DNA from: Eledone cirrhosa
Taxonomy: Eukaryota
Length of the DNA stretch: 64,000 nt
Assembly: GCA_964016885.1 (NCBI GenBank)
Contig: OZ024740.1
Location: 32,488,001-32,552,000, forward strand
Reading direction: 5' to 3'
A program made the position numbers and the translations under genes. The stretch's first letter is position 1. The number at the start of each line of letters is the position of its first letter. The notes under the pieces were generated by a model. The model was not told the origin of the DNA. It was given only the letters and a program-made list of their open reading frames with translations, and did not search any database. Shown one piece after another: positions 1 through 12,297 of this stretch.

Positions 1-594
1 CTTATATTCAGTTTTTCTCTCAGCTCTGTTGTTCATGTTCACTAACATTATACAGCCAGCGGAGCAAGCATGCTTTATTTCTTTTTAGCCATCACAAATC
101 TTCAGTACTCATATTTCATTACTATATAACTAAGCAATTTTGAACACAAGCATCATATAATCTACCCTTCTCTCTGAGAGAGAAGCCCTCTTTTACCAGC
201 AAAGATAACAGCTTCCTGAATTGCTTCCAGTCTGTTCCCACTCTGGCTATAACACATTCGGTACATCCACCTCCACTTCTAGGTCAGCTAAGTAACAACA
301 TTTACTACCACTCCCAGTGAGCCTCCTTAACATTTGAGTGGATGTATTTCTTGAATATCCTTACTATTTAATTTAATATTAATTTAGCTAAACACTACAA
401 CACTAGTCAGCAATAGAATAATTATTTTTATATAATTTTTAATATTTTTAACCTAATTTGATGTCTATTTTTATTTGAAAGTAAATGAACTTTAATGATG
501 TTACATGTATAAGCATAAATGATATTCAGAAAGAGATAAAGTTTGCAAAACAAGCTAAATAATTAACAAAAGTGTTATTTTCTTATTATTTCAG

Positions 595-726
595 TTTGCA
601 TTCCAATACCTCATTAGATGTGAGTATTAAAGAGCCAATGGTTTGTGATGTATTGAATGTTGCTGGGTTTCATTTACCTGCCAAAGATGATTTAGTTACC
701 AACGTTGTCAACACTCACATGGAAAA
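595..726 (+). CDS. TTLL4: TTLL4-like tubulin polyglutamylase, internal exon (end of TTL domain)
   Basis: ttcag|..|gtaagt; translates LHSNTSLDVSIKEPMVCDVLNVAGFHLP, resembling the recalled TTLL4 SLHSNSPLDISIKGQMIRDLLNLAGFVLP motif. Confidence 0.85.
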
Positions 727-762
727 GTAAGTGAGCTGATCATGAGTGTTGTATTTATTTAA

Positions 763-1158
763 CCCTTTAGCATTTGCACTACTTTATATATACTATTGTA
801 TTTTTTTTTAAAAAGACTTTATCTTACAAAATATCTCACTTAATACCGAATCTATGAGATTTTGATATTATTTATTTTGAGATCACTTTAATGCCAGTAT
901 GAGTAGCTGATTACAGCTGGTTTGAACAGAAAGAGGTGAGAGAATTCTGGCTGGATGTGGCCAGTTTAACCCTTTAGCATTTACATTACTCTATATATAC
1001 TATTATATTTTCATATGATATCGAACCCATGAGATTTTGATATTATTTATTTTGATAACAATACCTTAACATCAGTATGAACGGACAGTTGCAGCTGGTT
1101 TGAACAGAAAGAGGTGAGAGAGTTCTGACCAGGTATGGCTGGTTTAAATGCGAAAGGG
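763..1158. mobile_element. two head-to-tail piggyBac-derived MITE copies
   Basis: ttaa-CCCTTTAGCATT starts at 763 and 970; right end AATGCGAAAGGG-ttaa at 1158. Confidence 0.8.
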
Positions 1159-1936
1159 TTAAAAAACAAACAAAACAATTATTATTGTTATCATCATTGA
1201 TAGTGCTTTACACGTTTTAGGTCTATATTTCATTCCTGGCAAATTTGACTTAGCTTTTCTTCTCTCAGGACTTGATGAAAGCTTCTAGTTTTGGGCAGCA
1301 ATAAGTTTTCAGCAAATTCTGTCTGTCCTTACTATTTTAACACCATTAACATGACAATTTTTCCATTTCAATTCTATTTCTAATTTCAATACTCAGTATC
1401 TATTCATAAAACCTTATTTGTATCCAACAGTAATTTAATTTGCAGCTAAGTTTTAGTGTAGTGGCTATATTCTTAAAAAAAAATTTTTTGTATTATTTTG
1501 TTTTGTGTGTGTACATCCTATTATATCACCCTACCTCTCCCCTAATGACTTTATAACGAAGGATTGCATCAGGTCTATTGCTATTTGATACACCCTACAA
1601 CCACCCTTCTCTATTGCTAGCTATCTCACCATCTGCCCAAAGTTATTTGTTATCATGCATCACTCTCTCTTGCCATTGTTCATCTGTTCTGTGCTTGAAA
1701 TCACTAAACATTGATTCTGACACATTGTATGATATGGACTACATAGTAAGCATGGTGGCTGACTGTGTCTCTCTAGTCTGCTAAAAGATGGAATCTTCCT
1801 GACATTGTGGAAAATTGGTTCACCTCATGGTTTTAGGTGAATATTGGGTATATTTTAATGCACAATCTTAGTCTTCTTTTTTGGAAGACATCTGGATATA
1901 TTCTGTCATTGGGTTTATCAATAGTGATATGATTAA

Positions 1937-3167
1937 CCCTTTAACATTCACATTGAATTGTCAAATGTCATGTTCATCTATTCGCATTATTTTCACTTAA
2001 TTATACTCAAGAGGGTTATCAATTTTATTTGTTTGTAATTACTTTAATTTTCTATGTGCAGACTTGAAATTTTGTCAGTAGATGTTTAAATAACTATAAT
2101 TTACAATTATATATTTCTTTCTCTACATTCCAGGCAAATATTTTCATTGAAAACATTGTATAAAACATTTTCACCGGTCAAAATAATATTGGCAATGTAC
2201 TCTGTAAATGTACGGTGTAAAATTACGTAACAGAAAGTTCCCAATATATAAGTTTATACACACTTTTAAATTTTTCTGACAATATTTCAATTAATGGTCG
2301 TACTTTGTACAGTGGGTCGTAATTCGATTCATTTCTACCAGGGGCATTTGAAGTATCAACCAGATGCAAATACTGGTTTAATTTAATGAATCTCGTTTTT
2401 GCCATAATACTAGATATATAAGGGTCACCAAACCTTATATCAGTACTCCAATAATTCCACAGTCGTGGAAATTGTTTAATACCAAACATAATATTTATGG
2501 TAAAAAACGCTTTAATTTCGGCAGAATCTGTCGGACGCCATAACAGATCGGGTTTTCCGATATTAGAAATTTGTTGTTGTGCATAGCGATTTGCCACAAC
2601 TTCGAAGAAAGTTTGTGGTAAAAATAAAAAATAATAATCCAGTGCTTTAGCATCGGGTGGTAATGTGTGTTGTGGTCCAATATTTTCAGTAAAATCCGAA
2701 ACATGTATCGATGTTGTTTCTTTCAACCACGTTGTTGTTTTTTCAATGGTGTCAGTCAAATCTTCTCTTTCACTTTCAAAGTAACTATCATCATTATCAG
2801 ATATATCAGAAATAAATATATCTGATTCGTTTGAAGATAAATCACTGATATTATCTTGTTTCTTTTTGATCTCAAATGTCGTCAGACGTAAAACCTTCAA
2901 ATTCGTTGTCGCTACTTTCGGAAGCCATGTTACACTTTCAACGTTAAAAACACGTGTTATCGCAAGTTCTTTAACTATACTAAGAGTTAATTTTCGCGCG
3001 GAAGGGCTTTATCTCGCAGTAATCTCGAATTGACGAGATTTCGATGATGTCAATGTTTATTTTTTAAAGGAAATCTCCGTGTGGTATTAAATGTCGGTTT
3101 TTGTCGGTTTGAATAAATGAAAGGGGACATAATCTTGTCGGTTTTTGTCGCTTTGAATGCTAAAGGG
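1937..3167 (-). mobile_element. internally deleted piggyBac DNA transposon
   Basis: TTAA on both sides (1933-1936, 3168-3171); TIRs CCCTTTAACATTCA / TGAATGCTAAAGGG; contains transposase N-terminal half. Confidence 0.88.
2223..2928 (-). pseudogene. piggyBac (PGBD4-like) transposase fragment, frameshifted and truncated
   Basis: acidic N-terminus MASESSDNEFEGFTSDD, 1-nt frameshift near 2875, then W.PT...EIKAF..I.I.FGI...P....YWS..MAKTRF..L..YLHL.D..DPLYKVRPLIE; catalytic DDD region absent. Confidence 0.85.
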
Positions 3168-3559
3168 TTAATGAACACTTAATTCAAAGCATTTTCTTGC
3201 TATACTGAACTTCCAACACTTTTTTTGTACTTTTTGTGTAATCCACAATCACTGTAGCCTACATCCATCTGGTTGGTGTAATCTGATTCCATAATCATTC
3301 TCGTCTTCTGAATTTGAACTCCATATCTCTTGAATTCCTTTGTAGGTGTGTAAGTGGGACAAAGTATGTATAAGATGCATGATACCACTTGTTAGAGTGA
3401 CATGGTTATTGAATGTTGAAGGTTTCATGAAACTGAGAAAAATGTATTGAATATTTGTTGTGTAACATTGACTTATATAAAGCACTTATATATATAGATA
3501 GATAAACTTTGTATGTGGCTAATGCATGGGAGAAGTAAGCGTTAAGAGTACATGTGAAG

Positions 3560-4000
3560 TAAATCCCTTAATTGTCAGGGAAGCTCCTTAGAAGTTGACA
3601 CCTTTTGTTACATAGGTGACCAAATTATCAGTGGGGGAGCTTGCTCTGAAAGTGGGATAGCTAGGATAAGAACAGGCTGGAAGAAGTTAAGAGAGCTGTT
3701 ACCTCTGCTGACAACAAAGGGCTTTTCTCTCAGGGTAAAGAGTAGACTATATGATGCCTGTTTACGAATTGCAATGCTACATGGCAGTGAAACATGGGCC
3801 TTGATCGCAGAAGACCTGCAGGGGCTAGAAAGAAACATATCAAGTATGCTTCAATAGATGTGTAATGTTAGTGTGCATGAGTGACATAGCATAAGCAAAC
3901 TGAGGAAAAAATTTGGTATGAGAGGAATTGGATGTAGTGTGCAAGAAAGAAGACTGTTGGTATGGACATATGATGTGTTTGGAAGATAGCAACTGTATAA
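3560..4000 (+). mobile_element. degraded RTE LINE fragment (older copies also at about 50-360, 7640-8200, 13960-14220, 32600-33600, 49775-50340, 50930-51600)
   Basis: ARIRTGWKKLRELLPLLTTKGFSLRVKSRLYDAC..LHGSETW with stops. Confidence 0.75.
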
Positions 4001-4246
4001 TTAAATGAGATTGTTTTCAGATGGCTTAGTATAACAGGGCTAGCATTTTCACTTCTTTCACATCTACAAACTTTGGGCTCTATGCTTATATGACAAATTA
4101 TTAATATCCTGTGTCATATGATACCACATTAACAAGACATTCTTAAAAAAATGTACAAAACAGTACTATCACTGCATCCCATTAGTCTTTTTTGTAATAC
4201 TGCAGATTTTCACGATGATCTGTTCACTAATAAAGATACTTTAAAC

Positions 4247-4471
4247 ATCAGTTGTTGGCTGCTGAGACACTGCATCCTTTAAAACCTCCATGCTTCCTGA
4301 ATTTCACCAACACTACACCTGATATTCCCCACCATACACATGCACACATGAATATCATGAATCATACACTGTTCACTTTCTTGACATTTGTACATTATTC
4401 TATGTACTATACATGCACCTTTGACGAGTTGTAGTGCACCTGAGCACTAGACAATAATTTCATTATTATTA
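4247..4471 (+). mobile_element. CR1/L2-type LINE 3' fragment
   Basis: shares 3' end gagttgtagtgcacctgagcac...(ATT)n with longer copies. Confidence 0.8.
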
Positions 4472-4595
4472 TCTGAAGTAACACATTTTTTTAAAAAGAT
4501 ATTTTCTGCTCAATCATTACAAGATGTTAAGAGTTAATTAAAATACTTTTTTGTACCTTTTATAGTTTTTTGTAAACCACCTTTTTTTGTTTTAG

Positions 4596-4710
4596 TGGTC
4601 AGTATAAACCACCTAACAAACTTTGCTTGGATAAGCGCCTGTACAGTACCATTACGTCACCTGATGAGAAAGCAAAGCACTCCTACTATACTCAGCGCAG
4701 ATTAGATCCC
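4596..4710 (+). CDS. TTLL4: TTLL4-like exon
   Basis: tttag|..|gtgagt, phase matches neighbours; GQYKPPNKLCLDKRLYSTITSPDEKAKHSYYTQRRLDP. Confidence 0.8.
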
Positions 4711-5094
4711 GTGAGTAGAAATTATGTTCTTTCTTTTATTTTCATATATTGTCTGTCAACATTTTTCTAACTTAAGTACAATTCATGTGAAAAAAATCCT
4801 GGGATTTTTGTTTGAAACAAAAAGTGGATATAAATGAATATCTGAAATCAATTTATGAAAGACAAAATCAAGTCTTTTGTGACCTCTGTTAAATTTGTTT
4901 GATTCTACTTGAATTTTATTGGAATACTATATGACTGAAAAATATATCCATATAAAAGAAAAATAGTTCAACCCTGAAAGAAATATGCTGATGTTGATTA
5001 AAACAAATTTTCCAGAAAATATTGATAATTCATCTAGTGAAATAATTATGTTGTAAGATTTTAGTCTTATAGCGAGGATACTAGGTTGTATGAA

Positions 5095-5380
5095 TGTAAC
5101 AAAACGAGACATGGTTTGTGTGTATAATATTTAATTAACAATGGTAGATAGTATAGTTGACATGTCAAAGAAATAGATGATAGAATGAAACAAAGTTAGT
5201 CGTTACCGTTTTGATTGCCAGGCCAACGCGGCTGGCAGAGGACGCCTGGCTAAGGCCAGGCGCCGGAAGGCCAAATGAGAGAGAGAGAGCCGAAGGCTAT
5301 TCGTTTTATAGGGCTCTGACCGGAAGTTACAGAAAGGGTTCTACTTCCCGTCTAGATGTTAATCTATTGGGGTCACAACA
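5095..5380 (-). mobile_element. possible solo LTR
   Basis: minus strand TGTTG...TATAAAA...(CT)n...ATTAAA...TTACA; GC-richer than flanks; no clean TSD. Confidence 0.4.
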
Positions 5381-5905
5381 AGGGAGACAACCGCTACAGT
5401 CTAAATAAGAACACTTTAAAATGGGAGGTTTTATTTCATAGAAATGAGAAGTGGTTTGGAAGAGGATTGGTATCAAAAGGTTTAACATAATTAATTTATT
5501 TGTTTTTAGCAATCATTTGTTTTGGGTGTTTGTTTATTTGTTTTTGTTAAATCTTGGTGAAATTCTCATTGCTAGAAGAAACATAAATTGAATACAGTTT
5601 TGAAATTTTCTTTTCTTGGAGAGTGTATTTAATAGAAATAAAACTGAATGGAGTAGCTTTATTTTATGAGTAGATACAATTAAAGGTGAAGTGCATGATG
5701 ATTTAAAATTCATGAAGTACCAGATTTTGTGGACATTCCCCCACATCATTCTATTGTTATAAATGTTATGGTTAAATCTGCAGTGAGGGACTTTGAAATC
5801 ATTATTTAGAGAGGATTTTCTATTTGTGGTAGTTGATGTAATTTTAAACTTAGATGTTGTTTGCAATTTCTCTTGATTTCAATAAAAATATTTTTATAAT
5901 TCTAG

Positions 5906-6116
5906 CAAATCCAGCAGACTATCTTAGATATATTAACACCATATGACATTCGAACTTTGATTTTGACTCTCGATGAAGAAAAACGATGTGGAAATTTTGA
6001 ACGGATATTTCCAACTAATTCTACTACAAAATATTTACGTTTCTTTGAACAACCTCGATACAGCAACTTACTACTAGATCAGTGGTTATCTCGGTTTCCC
6101 AAAACAAATACACAAG
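5906..6116 (+). CDS. TTLL4: TTLL4-like exon
   Basis: ctag|..|gtaaat; LDILTPYDIRTLI..DEEKRCGNFERIFP..YLRFFEQPRYSNLLLDQW, a TTLL4 C-terminal conserved block. Confidence 0.9.
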
Positions 6117-6436
6117 GTAAATCACTCCTTTTTTCCCCCCTAAAATATTTTTTCAAATGAATGATGTTTATTATAGAAAATACTCTCCTTTTTTTTTTGT
6201 CTTAGCATCTTTGTTACTGCATTTGTAACTAGTGCACTACTTATATAACCATCATTTAATGTCTGTTTTCTCTGATAGCAAGGGTTGAATGAGTTGCCAC
6301 AGACCAATTAGTACTTAATCAAAGCTACTGGTCACTCAGAAGGACTGGGAGCCACATCTTGCTTACATACCCACACTCTACAGAGTGTGCTGAGTGCATT
6401 ATATTGTGACACCAGCACTAGCTAGGTTGCATGTCC

Positions 6437-7533
6437 TACTGCCAAAAGACTTATGGCGAAACTCTCTGCAATGGGTGAGAAGGATGATCTTTTTAACTGG
6501 TTGAAATCCTTCATTCTCAGCTGAAAAGAGGTAGTCACGGTTCTAGGACAGCATTCTTCACCATATGAGATGTCATCTGGTGTACCACAGGGATCTGTTC
6601 TTGGTCCCCTTTTGTTTGTGGCATACATTAATGACATAGATGCCAACTTAAAGAATGCCATGGTACTGAAATATGCAGATGACATCAAGCTGTACCTTGA
6701 AATCAAAAAGACAGATCCTGAAATCTATAACTCTTTCCTACAATCAGACCTGGACACAATGCAGCAATGGATCACAGACTGGCAACTGAAGCTGGCTGTG
6801 TACCACCATGCATTTTGGGAGGAAAAATCCAGCGTCCACATACTCCCTCCACAACACTGATATCAAGAAGTCCTCTTGTGAACGTGACCTGGGCATTACG
6901 GTCAGCAGCAATTTGCGTTGGACAAAGCACATCTCTAAAATTGTCAAGACGGCCGAGGGTGTCTTGGCATCACTCAGCAAGACCTTTGTTAGCCGCTCTC
7001 CAGCCATCTATTTAAAGCTGTATACAGCTATGGTACAACCACACTTGGAATTCACGTGCAACCAAGCGCATACCCTCCATCAGACACCTACCATACTCTG
7101 AAAGCCTTGCTTCCCTGGGCATGGATTCATTGAAGTTCCGACGTCTGGCAATGGACTTGGTAAACACCCACAAAGTTATTAACCATCTCGCCAACAACAA
7201 CCCTGAGCACCTTTTTGATCTCCATGTGTCTAACACACGTGAACATGTCTACAAAGTCAGGAAACAGCACAGCTCCCATGACTTTCGGAAACATTTTTTC
7301 ACGCTTATATTTGCTGAAGCATGGAACAAACTGCCTGCATCCTTTAAAACCCTCATGCTTCCCGAAATTCGCCAAAACTACACCTGATGTCCCCCTTCCA
7401 TACACATGTACATCATGACTCATGCACTGTCCATTTTCCTGACGTTTGTACATTACCCTATGTACTATACATACACTTTTTGATGAGTTGTAGTGCATCT
7501 GAGCACTGTACACAATATTTTCATTATTATTAT
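6437..7533 (+). mobile_element. CR1/L2/Jockey-type LINE, 5'-truncated
   Basis: SGVPQGSVLGPLLF..YADD RT motifs, (ATT)n tail, internal deletions. Confidence 0.9.
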
Positions 7534-8577
7534 ATAACATTGAAGTATACATTCAAGCATCATATAGTCTACTCTTCACAGAGAGAGAAATCTTTGTCAG
7601 CAGAGGTATTAATTCCCTAAATTTCTTCCAGTCTGTTCTAAACTCTAGCTACTACACCTGAGCAGCCACCCTTACTGCTTATCAGGTCACCTAGGGAGCA
7701 AAAGCTGTCCACAACTTCTGAGGAGCTTCCCAAGTAATTGAGGGAATCTATTTTATGTGTGCAAAGTCTGCCTTTTCCATTAACCTGCCTGTAATTCCTC
7801 TTCATCTTTTGACGTATCGTGCAAGACAATTTTCCTGATGGTATCAGAGACCTTGGTCTTGCTAAATATAATTTTAGGCCTTTCGATTTTAGATTTTTCT
7901 TCCATATCTGGAATTTTGTCTCCAATTTTTCTACATATTTATTACTATACAAGATTTCCCATGGACAGCCAGTCTCAGACTCTTCTTATGGTCTGAATGA
8001 CAATAATAAACACTAGTAGGCCCTAGTGGACACCCCCCTGCACTCTATTACCAACTCTCACCTTGCTGGTTGCACCTCTAAATATGATTTGTACACCCCC
8101 TCACAATCCATTTATCTCCACCTAACTTTTTATACACCCATTAGATTACTGAATGGGTAACTCTGTGAAAGGTCTTCTCCAGATCCTTAATTGCTTGGTA
8201 CAAAGGTTTACTTTTAGCTTTCAATTAAATTATAAAATAAATGAGAATTCAGTATAATGTTGTAAAACAGTTATAACTTTTTCATTTATTATGGTTGTGT
8301 TAGGAACACAACATATGGAAAGATTCTTGCATAAATTTGTGAAGAAATTTTGGACCCCAAATTTATTTGATATAATAGGTCATAGTCTTTTCTGCATAAT
8401 TGTGATATTAATAAAATAGCATGAACTGGATACATCTTACAATGTGTGTCAGTATTAAAATCTCCCTTGTACACTGTTATCAGATTAATCCCTTCTAATG
8501 GTAGTGTGATGCTGTCTCCATAAGCTCTATGTTGGTAGTGGGACATCAAATCCCATCTAGATCTATAATGTCAGGAT

Positions 8578-10113
8578 ATCATCATCATCATTTTACGTCC
8601 GCGTTTCCCTGCTTGCAAGGGTGGGACGGGTCTTATTCAGCACAGCATCTCTCCACTTGTCACGGTCCTTCGTCATCTCCACCGTGAGCTTCAGCGATCT
8701 GAGGTCTGCTCTCACCACCTCCGCCCATGTCTTTCGTGGTCTACCTCTACCACGTCTTCCTTCAACTGACACTTCTTCACCCATCGGTCATCCTCCATGC
8801 ACATCACATGTCCATACCACCTCAGTCTCCTCTCTCGCACACTACATTCTATCCCTCTCAGATACAGTTTCTCTCTCAACACATCCATGCTCAGTTATTC
8901 ACGCACATTGACATTGCACATCCAACGAGCATGCTTGCCTCATTTCTCTCCAGCCGTTGCATATCCTCTGCAGTTGCTGCCCAAGTCTCACTACCATGCA
9001 GCATCACACTCCTCACACAGGCATCATATAACCGGCCTTTCGTACGCAGGGAGAAACCCTTCTTCGTCAGCAGAGGAAGCAACTCTCTAAACTTCTTCCA
9101 ACCCGTCCTTATTCTAGATACTATGGCCTCGGAACACCCTCCTCCCATGCTAATCTGATCTCCTAGGTACTGGAAGCTATCCACCACTTCTATAGCGCCC
9201 TCCTGCATTTGAAAAATGTGTCTATCAATGCGACTTCTACTGTCTAATTTCCCTGTACATCTACTGCATACATATTTCTCCCTACCTGTTAGTTTGCCTG
9301 CTATCCCGCTACATCTCTTGTGTACCCAGGATCTGCATTGTGTGCATTTTATAGAATTTATGCCAGTTCCTTTTCTGCATATCGAACATGGCCATTTCCC
9401 TGACGGAATCAGGGTTTTGTCCTCTTTTCTACTCATCAGCACTTTTGTCTTAGCTAGGTTCACTCTCAGCTTCCAACTGCTGTTTCCATAGCCACAATTT
9501 ATTCTCTAGCTCCTCTACTGATTCTGCTATAAGAACCAGATCGTCAGCATAGAGAAGTTCCCATGGACAACCAGTCTTAAACTTCTCTGTTATGGCTTGG
9601 AGGACTATAATGAACAAGAGCGGGCTGAGGACCGAACCCTGATGTACTCCTACTTGTATCTGGAATTCCTCACTAAACTCCATTCCTACCCTGACTTTAC
9701 TGACAGCACGTCTGTACAAAGTTTTCACTGTCCTCACAAGCCATTCCTCAACACCTAGTTTCCTTAGGGACCACCAGATGACAGATTGGGGTACTTTATC
9801 AGAGGCTTTCTCTAGGTCAACAAAGGCTTAGTGGCTTATTCTTCTCTAAGAACCTCTCTTGTAATTGTCTCACCAAGAAGAGGGCATCTGTTGTACTTTT
9901 CCCAGGCACAAAACCAAACTGCATCCCCTTTACCTTTGCAGCAATTTATGAGAATACTGCTGCTCCAGTCTTTGGGTATGACACTGCCATATATAGCCTG
10001 ATTGATGATGCGTGCAACCAGTTTAGTGCCTACTTCTCCTGATGCCTTCAGCATCTCAGCAACTATCTCTGACGGTCCAGCAGCCTTACCATTTTTCATT
10101 TCCTTAATCGCCT
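8578..10113 (-). mobile_element. RTE-clade LINE, 5'-truncated
   Basis: GKAAGPS, GVHQGSVLSPLLF, LLYADDL, PHD-like Cys cluster, LHGSETW, GRPRKTW; (GAT)n tail. Confidence 0.92.
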
Positions 10114-10494
10114 GGATTTGAATATTAGTTATCTGTGCAGCTGAGTATTGCCATATCTCATCATACTCTCACTCACACCCATCACTCCTTCTATTGTTGC
10201 TTTCTCTTCTATTCACCTTCCTGGTCATGTTGCCTTCATTGAATGGACAAAACATATTGAATACCATTTAGTTTTGTGAGATCCAGTGCTGGTGCTGTGA
10301 TACAATGTACCCAATACACTCTGTAAATTGGTGGGGATTGAACAAAGACAATGTAGGTTTGAGAGGACCTTTTAGTCATGTTGAGGATATAACAACCTCT
10401 TTCGTAAAGTAGTAGGTGTTCAGAAGGGTATCCAACCATAAAAGGATATATCAACATGGAGATGAGGTGTAAAATAATGATGGTGGTGATGGCA

Positions 10495-10905
10495 ACATGA
10501 TGAAAGAGGTGGTGTAGTAGGATATAGTGGTGTTGGAGGTGTGGTGGGATATAGTAGTGATGGTGGTAATAGTGGTGAAGTGCTGAAAGAAGAGGTGTGG
10601 TGGGATATAATGGTGATGGTGGTGAAGTGCTGAAAGAGATGGTGTGGTGGGATATAATGGTGATGGTGGTGTGGTGGGATATAATGGTGATGGTGGTGTG
10701 GTGGGATGTGATGGTGGTGAAGTGCTGAAAGAAGAGGTGTGGTGGGATATAATGGTGATGGTGGTGAAGTACTGAAAGAGATGGTGTGGTGGTGAAGTGC
10801 TGAAAGAGATGGTGTGGTGGGATATAATGGTGATGGTGGTGAAGTACTGAAAGAGATGGTGTGGTGGTGAAGTGCTGAAAGAAGAGGTGTGGTGGGATAT
10901 AATCA
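10495..10905. repeat. GT-rich degenerate minisatellite
   Basis: repeated ggtgtggtgggatataatggtgatggtggtgaagtgctgaaaga. Confidence 0.9.
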
Positions 10906-11096
10906 TCATTCATCATCATTTCATTTTACGTCCACTTTTCCCTGCTTGCAAGGGTGGGACGGGAACTGATTCTGGCTTGATTTCTACAGCTGGATGCCCT
11001 TCCTAACACCAACCTCATTTACAGTGAGTGCTGGGTGCTTTTTTGCCGTGGCACCTCCACGACCACTTTGCAGTGGAATGATAGGGACCCCAGTCC

Positions 11097-11247
11097 CTAT
11101 CATCTCATTTCTACAGCTGAGTAAACTGGAGCAATGTGAATTAAAGTGTCTTGCTCAAGGAAACAACACATCACCCGGTCTGAGAATTGAACTCACAACC
11201 TTTCGATTGCAAGGCCAATGCTCTAACCACTAAGCCATGTGCCTCCA
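11097..11247 (-). mobile_element. tRNA-derived SINE with CORE-like segment (second copy about 24877-25025)
   Basis: minus strand TGGCTTAGTGG (A box), GTTCAATTC (B box), then CCTTGAGCAAGACACTT. Confidence 0.8.
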
Positions 11248-11928
11248 TAATGGTGATGTGATCAAAGAAAGGGGATGTATAAACAATAGGGATTTAAATA
11301 AATATTATTTATATTTCATACCTTTGGGGCAATAGCGCAATACAAACAGGACGTTCAGTATTGGAAAACTTAACAAACAATAAACTTTATCTACTGGACT
11401 CACAAGATGTAGGAGCCCAGTTTTTATATCTACATAAAAAAGGATTATTTTGTTTTTATTACTAAATTCTTCTGTTTCCCATTGAACTATGTTTTAATTA
11501 TCTCTTGTTCATCATCATCAATTAACGTCCATCTTCCATGCTAGCATGCGTTAGACGGGTCCTATTTTGAGGCAAGTTATCGGTTGACCATGTCTCGCTC
11601 AAATAGGGGTGTTTCTGGCTGGATGCCCTTTCTAACACCAACCAGACAGTGTGGGCTGGGTGCTTTTTGCCATGTCTTTTAAATGTAATGTAAAAGCAGC
11701 TGTTCTAGATTTCTGGTTTATGTAATATTTTTTATTTGATTTCTCAATTAAGGTCATCTTGAAGTAACATTAATTACGTTGTGTTTAGTACCTTTCCTTG
11801 ACCTTCAGCCATTACCACTCAGAACAATTTATCTTTTTTTAAATCTTGTTGCAATGTAATATCTGTACATGTGTTGTCATATTTTAATCTGTCTTAGTTT
11901 TAAATAATTTAAACATTTTTTTTCTCAG

Positions 11929-12002
11929 GTTTGGCTATCTTGAAGTCTCATTGTGAAACAAGTATTCATTTACAGAATCCCACAATAGATACCAAGCATC
12001 AG
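11929..12002 (+). CDS. TTLL4: TTLL4-like exon
   Basis: T-rich tract+cag|..|gtaatg, phase 1 to 0; GLAILKSHCETSIHLQNPTIDTKHQ. Confidence 0.75.
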
Positions 12003-12297
12003 GTAATGTATTCTTCCTAATCATACTGGGAAGGTTTTTCAATCTAGATTTTTATTTATAAATTATAGAAATAATCCACTAAACTTAGTATTATGAAGGA
12101 TCAAGTCCAACTTTCTTCTTACTATACCATTTTTATATTATTGGGTTTAACTCTTTAATTTTTCCTTGCAACCTCATAAACTGAATGAGCTGCTATCTTA
12201 GTAGCCTGTTCCCAAAGATTTTAAGACATTAGCTAATTAACCCATGTCAGTGTAAAGAACAGATTTAAAATGATGATATATAATTTTCAGCAATATA

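Noticed and set aside
2223-2900. Domesticated PGBD gene
   Set aside because: Frameshifted near the start, lacks the catalytic core, and is still bounded by TIRs and TTAA.
10236-10919. His/Pro/Thr-rich ORFs
   Set aside because: Translation of a GT-rich minisatellite.
11165-11247. tRNA gene (also about 24955-25025 and 18.6-19.1 kb)
   Set aside because: A/B boxes continue into SINE body sequence, and no proper acceptor stem is seen.
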